Shown here: positions 55,595 through 64,000 of the stretch, in pieces | Numbering within the stretch: the stretch's first letter is position 1 | Layout: every line of letters starts with the position of its first letter | Assembly: GCA_964016885.1 (NCBI GenBank) | Contig: OZ024742.1 | Span: 77,872,001 to 77,936,000 of the forward strand | Reading direction: 5' to 3' | Length of the DNA stretch: 64,000 bases | Source of the DNA: Eledone cirrhosa | Lineage: Eukaryota | Translations under genes and position numbers: made by a program | Notes under the pieces: model-generated | Told to the model about the DNA's origin: nothing | Databases searched by the model: none | The model's input: only the letters and a program-made list of their open reading frames with translations

Positions 55595-56884
55595 ACTATT
55601 CACCTGCCAACTATCAGAACTAATGAAAATATATGATATTTTCTAAAATATACAGTGACTGATCGGCCTGATTTGCATATTAGCAAATTGGCTGATCAGT
55701 CAGATCTGCATATCAGCAGATCCACTGATCATCCAGTTATGTGTATTGAAATAAGAGAGTCTAATTGTGCTCCTATTAAAGATAGTTTAGTACATATGTT
55801 GTGTGGGAAAGTGTTTGTTTAATAATTTAAAGAAGCTTCTAGCTATTGTTGTTGACATCGAACTGTTGAACAGGAGTTTTACCAACTAATTTGCCTAACC
55901 CTCTTTCTTCTAAGGGGTATTGGTGTGCTAGCTAAGAAGGTGATTTTTTTTTCCTCAAAGCCGCTCCGGGGAAGGCGTTCATAATAGTAGGAGGCAAGCG
56001 ACACAGCATATTGAAAATATATATTAGACTAATTCTTGAATTAACAGGAAAATGGTCTTAAGATTTCGGACACCTCTCGTTCATCGGAAGATAGAATTAG
56101 GAATAAAAGATAAAAGAGAACAATAAAGAGTGCGAAGATGAAGGAATGAAAAAGATCATAAAACTCACACTCATGTGTATTCAGTTAGCCATTTTAGAGG
56201 TGCGTGTGTGGGCGTGCGCACGCAATCGCTCGTGTAAGTATGTATCGTTGTATGCGTATTCATATAAATGCATATAATGCGTGTATATATACATGTTTGG
56301 GGTTTCATAATATATATAAGCGTGTGTGCATGTAATATATTCCTCAACAATTGTATAGTGTACGTGCTGCTGTCTGGGGAAAATAAACTGCTTTAAAGGG
56401 TGAATTTGGCTTTTACATTTTCTGAGTGGGTCATTTAATATTCTAATATATTCCCCTCAAAGAAATCAACTATATTTCGAAGCAAAATTAGATTAAGTTG
56501 ATTTAAAGGAATTTCATCCTCTCAAAATTTTGTCTCAATTATTAGAAAACTTATTCTTTAAATATTTAACTTTACCTAAAAATATTATACTAAAACTTAA
56601 TGAATTTGCTGACGTAGAGAAGTAACAAACGTGGGTATCGGCAAAAAAATATGCTTCCAATAGTCAGAAAATAAATAAAATGACACTGCATCTATTCGAA
56701 CAGAATTAGGAAAGCTTATAGACTATTGGAATACGATATAACACTCTGGTTGGTATCTGATAAATATATATTAGTCTATCTGAAATTGTTTCTTACATTA
56801 AAGGCAATTATTTGTTACATTAAGTCGAATATCGAATCCATTAAGAATCAGATTTTTGATGTAAGCTGAAAACTGAAGAGCATT

Positions 56885-56924
<40 letters not shown>

Positions 56925-56928
56925 ACAA

Positions 56929-57063
<135 letters not shown>

Positions 57064-57076
57064 TGTACACATAAAT

Positions 57077-57113
<37 letters not shown>

Positions 57114-57479
57114 GGTAAAGAAGTGAAACTATGAATATATAATTATCACGTTTCACCCATTTCTGATGTTACATTCCAATAAATTCTGCTATGAATAATG
57201 TTTTTTTCTCGAATCTTACTACTATAAAGGTCTACACATAAAATTGTAAATATACGCGTGCGCACGAACACACACATAAAATCAGTGGTTCTCACATACA
57301 ATCATTATGAATATACCCAAACGCACTCATACATGCATATTCATAAAATCATATAGATTTTCATTCGTATACGTGCTGTTGCTTTTCCTTTTGAGAAAAA
57401 GTAACAGAAATAGTCAGTCCAATATGCGTATGCATGTGTATGTTTTTGTACGTGCATTTTTATTTGATAAGTTTCTCTG

Positions 57480-57540
<61 letters not shown>

Positions 57541-57955
57541 ATGTTTGTGCAACTCTCATGTCATTAAATCGTAATCCAGGAATATATATTTTTCTATCTT
57601 CTTTTTTTTTTTTTAGTCATCAAAAATAAACATTAAAGGTATTTCTACCCACTGTGACTTCACGGCTTACTCACAAATACCGACCTTAACAAAATAGCCT
57701 GCGAACATAGTTTATTACATTCTGAGTTGTAATAAGATCTTGCCTGAAAAACCTTCAACTCGATAAACAACCAATAAACTGTAACGAAGCACTCATGCAC
57801 ACATATAGGTACGCACACGCATAACGCATGTGGGCGAAATTAAAATATAAATATGTGTGCGCGTGTGTGTGTGTGTATGTGTGTGTGTACGCGTGTGTAC
57901 GCGTGTGTACGTGCTTGTGTCTGTGTATGGGTATATATCTATGTATGTATATATA

Positions 57956-58055
<100 letters not shown>

Positions 58056-58444
58056 AGTGAGATGTTTTTTACAAAATGAAAAATAACCGAGATGTCCTAC
58101 ACGAGTGAAAGTATAAAGAAAAAAAGATGAAATCGAAAATGCAACTGGAGTCTTATTTTTAATATATATATATATATATACCCATGGGTACACACGTATA
58201 TATGTGTGTGTGTGTACGTGTGTGTACCTGCGTGTGTCTGTGTATGGGTAAATATATATACATAGGTACACACACGCATACATATTTGTGTGTGTGTAGA
58301 TGTGTGTGCGTATATGTATGTATATAGGTAATTATGTATTTATGTATGGATGTATTACACACGCCTGTGTGCGTGCATGTGTATGTAATTGTTTGTTTGC
58401 GTATATACATATATATATGAGTGTGTGTGTGTCTGTGAGAGAGA

Positions 58445-58508
<64 letters not shown>

Positions 58509-58800
58509 GTCTGTGTATGCATGTCCGTGTATTTTTATATGTGTATGTATACACAACATTTGTAGGTATTAATGATTGCATTGAAAACATACGCGAGCTC
58601 AAATTAATTTCAGGATGTTGTCACATGTTTATGTGTAAGGGGCATTCTTGTTCAAAAGAATTCCCTGCCACGATGGTAATATGTTTGTTTTTGTCTTTTA
58701 TATGTACACATCTCAAGAAACACAGTTTTGTTTGTTACCTTCTGGCTCCAATATCCCGCTTCCCAATTTAATTTTAGTGAAAAACCTTACAGCTAATATG

Positions 58801-59465
<665 letters not shown>

Positions 59466-59471
59466 ATATAT

Positions 59472-59700
<229 letters not shown>

Positions 59701-61144
59701 GAGAGAGAGAGAGCCATGCATACATACGTACATATATACATAAAGACGCATATACACACATACGTATAAATATAGGTATATTGATAGATATGTAGATATA
59801 TAAATAGATAGATAGATATATATTTGCATACATATGCTATGTATATATAGAGAGAGAATGTGAGAGAGAGAGAGCTATATAGATGGATAGATAAATATAT
59901 GATTTGTATACTATATATATAGCTATATGTGTCTGTGTTAGTGTGTATGTATATATGTGTGCTTTGGTGGCGGAGGGGGGGAGGGGTAGTGTATGTAAAA
60001 CCCATTCAAATTAGGAAAAATATCGGCAAAGAAAGCAGCAGGAAATAATTGGAAACAAAAGCACATAGTGATTGGTTTTGCTAAGGTACAAGGCGACTTT
60101 ATAAAGAATTTTTATGGAAATTATCGATTTTTTGGCAATTAATTTTCAAGGCATAAGATGTGCAGAAGTGGGCGAAGTAGAACGTGATATGAAAGTTAAG
60201 TTCATTATCTGTGCATACGTGACATAGCTTGAAACCTGAATGAACATAACTTTGCGGGCTGGCCTGATCTAAGTACCACTTCATTTACGACACTTCCTTA
60301 TTAACCTCTGTCATTTTTGTGTCTGCATGTTGTTGTATTGTTTGAGACACATTTATAAATTGAGAAAACAAAGTGTGAGAGAGAGTGGGGATAGAGGGAG
60401 AAAGAGAGTGAGCGACAGAGAGCGAGAGGGGACAGAGAGAGAAAGAGAGCGTGTAAGGATTTACAAAGGTGATGACTGTTTTAAAGCTGCTTGGCGGTCA
60501 TATGCGGCACCGGTGCTGCATTTTGAATATGGCGTAACATAGAGATCACAAAACTAGTATCTAATTAGCAATAAGTCGGTATCACACTGTTGAACGTTTC
60601 ACAGATGAAAGCTTCGATTGCGATATAAAACTGGTCCTCTATTTAGCTTGAGATCCTTTGTTCAATCTTTACCTGATTTGAGTGACGATGATTGAAAATA
60701 AAACACTGAACCCAAACATGTATGACTCCTTACAAAGAGCCTTATAGGATCGCATAGACAATGAAAAACCCTGAAGCAAAACATTCCAGCTTAATATTAG
60801 CTGTGTCAAATAATACACAGAATGCAAATGTTGTGGGAGGCAAATGGAAATAAGGAGGAATAAATTACAGGAAAAAGTAAAGAAAAGTTTCTAAAGGCGG
60901 TGATTGCAGTGAGGACGCGGTCACATGATATGACACTGAGAGGGTTAAGTAGCGATAGCAGAGGATTAATGTTAAAAGAAGTCTATGAATGATTCTGCTG
61001 ATTATAGCACGGTTTTATACAAATACATTCATGCACATACACGTGAAGGCTTCCATTAATGAAAACACACTCATACTCAGCTACACACACTCACGCATAT
61101 GCTCAAGCCCTCCAATACACAAACACAACACAACCACAATCACA

Positions 61145-61204
<60 letters not shown>

Positions 61205-61489
61205 AAGGGGTGTGTGTGTGTGTGTGTGTATAAACATATTGTCAAACAACCATACAGACCCAGAGAAAAGATACATAAAAGATAAAATAGAAATATGACA
61301 ATCACGTCTACCGTAGGTTCATGACAAATGCCAAATAAACACGAAACAAGTGAAATGAGAAATGGGCAGATGGAAATCTCGTTTTGTCTATCACAACAGT
61401 CGGAGCAACAACAATGACGGACCAACTAATAAAATGACCAAGAGCAACAACTGTAAACACTTACAACAACTACAACAATCACAGAATGA

Positions 61490-61579
61490 CGAACACGACG
61501 ATGATGATGATAATGATGATGATGATGTCGACGACGACGATGATGATGATGATGATGATAATGATGACGATGTTGATGG

Positions 61580-61610
<31 letters not shown>

Positions 61611-61630
61611 AATGATGACGATGTTGATGG

Positions 61631-61671
<41 letters not shown>

Positions 61672-62020
61672 TTGATGGTGATGATGTCGACGACGACGAC
61701 GATGATGATGATGATAATGATGACGATGATGATGAATATGATGACGATGAATATGATGATGAATTATGAGGAGGAGGAGGAGGAGGAGGAGGAGGAGGAG
61801 GAGGATGCGGGAGAGGAGGTGGATAACAATGACGTCATCCAAAACGACGACTAACACGACCCTGATGATAATGATGATGATGATGATGACGATGATGATA
61901 ATGATAATGAGGAGGAGGAGGATGATGATGATGCGGGGGAGGAGGTGGATAACATGACGTCATCCAAAACGACGACTAACACGACCCTGATGATAATGAT
62001 GGTGATGATGATGATGTCGA
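61490..62020 (+). repeat. (GAT)n/(GAG)n trinucleotide region with a ~125-bp-period duplication
   Basis: gatgcgggRgaggaggtggataaca..tgacgtcatccaaaacgacgactaacacgaccctgatgataatg occurs at ~61803 and ~61930. Confidence 0.85.
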
Positions 62021-62265
62021 CGACGGAGAAGCACGCCTACCGCAATCAACGATGAACAAGATGGTGTAGAGTAAGAACCGAAGAACTGGAAAGAAAGAAT
62101 CAGAAAAGATGGAGAAAATTGTTTTAGGACAAAGGCAAACGTGAAAAAATTAGCTATGGCTTTATAACAACCTTCTCGTGTCAATATCAGAAAACTGTAA
62201 TTAAGTGTTCACATAAAGGATAATGAATAGTCATGTATACATCCATACTTGCATACATACCAATC

Positions 62266-62348
<83 letters not shown>

Positions 62349-62452
62349 TAGATAGATAGATAGATATACACACATACATATATATGCATACATATATATA
62401 TATATATATATATACAAATGCATATATATAGAGATATATATACACACACACG

Positions 62453-62514
<62 letters not shown>

Positions 62515-62521
62515 TATATAT

Positions 62522-62553
<32 letters not shown>

Positions 62554-63195
62554 TGAACAAGAATAATATAAATGTATAAATGAATTAATTAATAAATAAA
62601 TATAGATAACACGAGGGCTGTAACGAAACAAAGTACTCAAAACAAATATCAAATGCTAAACAAAAGAAAAAATAAACCAATCGAAAATAATGTAATTAAA
62701 CATTATTAATCCTATTTCAAGGGATTTTTATTAAACACGATGGCAAAACCAAAATAAACAATAACAACATCAGTAGTGAACAACAGCAAACAACAACAGT
62801 TAATTATAATGATCAGAGATTAGAAAATTGAAATAGGGAGCTTGTTAGGGTTCAAGTTAAAGGTCGTGTTGCTTTGTAATTTGTATTTGTATTTCAATGG
62901 ATGCAGAAATGAGAGAATGAAAGTCATCATTGTGTGAGATTTACATTTACACACACAAGTATAAACACACAAATGTGTAATAACATATTCAATAAAGTAT
63001 TGGCAAATATGTATACACAATCTGCAATTAATTTAAATACAGGAAATTAAATACGCATATACTACAATATTTAAACATAATGTATGTATATATATATATA
63101 TGTGTGTTTGTGTGTGTGTGTGTTGTGTGTGTGTGTGTGTGTATTTACTTAGGAGGCGAAGCAAGTCGAATAGAACAGACATAACTTCATCCGAC

Positions 63196-63289
<94 letters not shown>

Positions 63290-63468
63290 ATGTGTGTGTG
63301 TGTGTGTGTGTATATAAATATATGTATATATATATATGTATGTATATATATACATTGTTTAGTAGCAGTACAGACGTGTACATGTGTATGCATGTATATA
63401 TGCATCTGTGTATGTATGTATGTATGTATGTATGTATGTATGTGTGGTGTACATATATATATATATAT

Positions 63469-64000
63469 ATTAATATTTGATGAAAATTTACATGTTATAG
63501 TTGCAATTGACTAATAAGATCGCTAGAGTGAAAAATCGTAATTCAACAATATAAGGTCTGCCTGTACGATCTAGAAAATAATAAATCAATACTCACAGAC
63601 TCATATGGGCAAAAAGCCTTGGTACCTAGACACGTTTAAAATTCAAAATACAAACTTTTTCCGCAGATCGGTCAGAACTTCAAACTTCAAACATGTTTCA
63701 CAAAGGAAACATGTTTGAAGTTTGAAGTTCTGACCGATCTGCGGAAAAAGTTTGTATTTTGAATTTTAAACGTGTCTAGGTACCAAGGCTTTTTGCCCAT
63801 ATGAGTCTGTGAGTATTGATTTATTATTTTCTAGATCGTACAGGCAGACCTTATGTTGTTGAATTAAGATTTTTCACTCTAGCGATCTTATTAGTCAATT
63901 GCAACTATAACATGTAAATGTTCATCAAATATTAATTTATACTGCTCAGAAGCGATTCCTAGAGCTGAAATGATTGTAAATGACCTCTTTGAGTCTAAAC
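63469..64000. mobile_element. Foldback element: 231-bp arms 63469-63699 / 63706-63936, 6-nt loop, tail running off the window
   Basis: Near-perfect palindrome starting at (TA)n. Same arm+tail layout as the PLE derivatives, but no canonical hammerhead core. Confidence 0.8.

Noticed and set aside
56053-56090. Hammerhead-like CCGAUGA...GAAA on minus strand
   Set aside because: Core is mutated, and stems I/II and the cleavage triplet do not fit.
61362-62184. Poly-Asp/Met/His/Glu ORFs
   Set aside because: Trinucleotide repeat open in several frames on both strands; no splice or domain evidence.

Overview
AT-rich, microsatellite-saturated eukaryotic DNA, most like a cephalopod (octopus-type) intergenic or intronic region. 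That assignment is an inference from the repeat content. No host gene can be confidently called, and almost all ORFs in the track are translations of (TA)n/(CA)n/(GA)n/(GAT)n repeats. The window is dominated by Penelope-like retroelements (PLEs: RT + C-terminal GIY-YIG). One Neptune-like copy is near-complete (27594-32526). Five Nematis-like copies are truncated or decayed, and many ORF-less derivatives are present. Most of these sit in (TA)n tracts and share one architecture: two pLTR arms in inverted orientation with their 3' ends pointing outward, one arm often carrying an extra ~35-110 bp tail. The tails of several families contain GAGTRC. I could fold about 20 type-I hammerhead ribozyme motifs from roughly 12 families by eye, including core variants (U3-A8, A4) and retrozyme-like ~420-434 bp tandem arrays. 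The Neptune-like copy has a long upstream ORF joined to RT by an in-frame U UUU UUA slippery site, a candidate gag-pol-like -1 frameshift. Also present are tRNA-derived SINEs, Tx1- and RTE-type LINE remnants, a hAT-type MITE and an unusual ungapped, transversion-mismatched 100-bp hairpin. All folds and alignments were done by eye, so boundaries are approximate.
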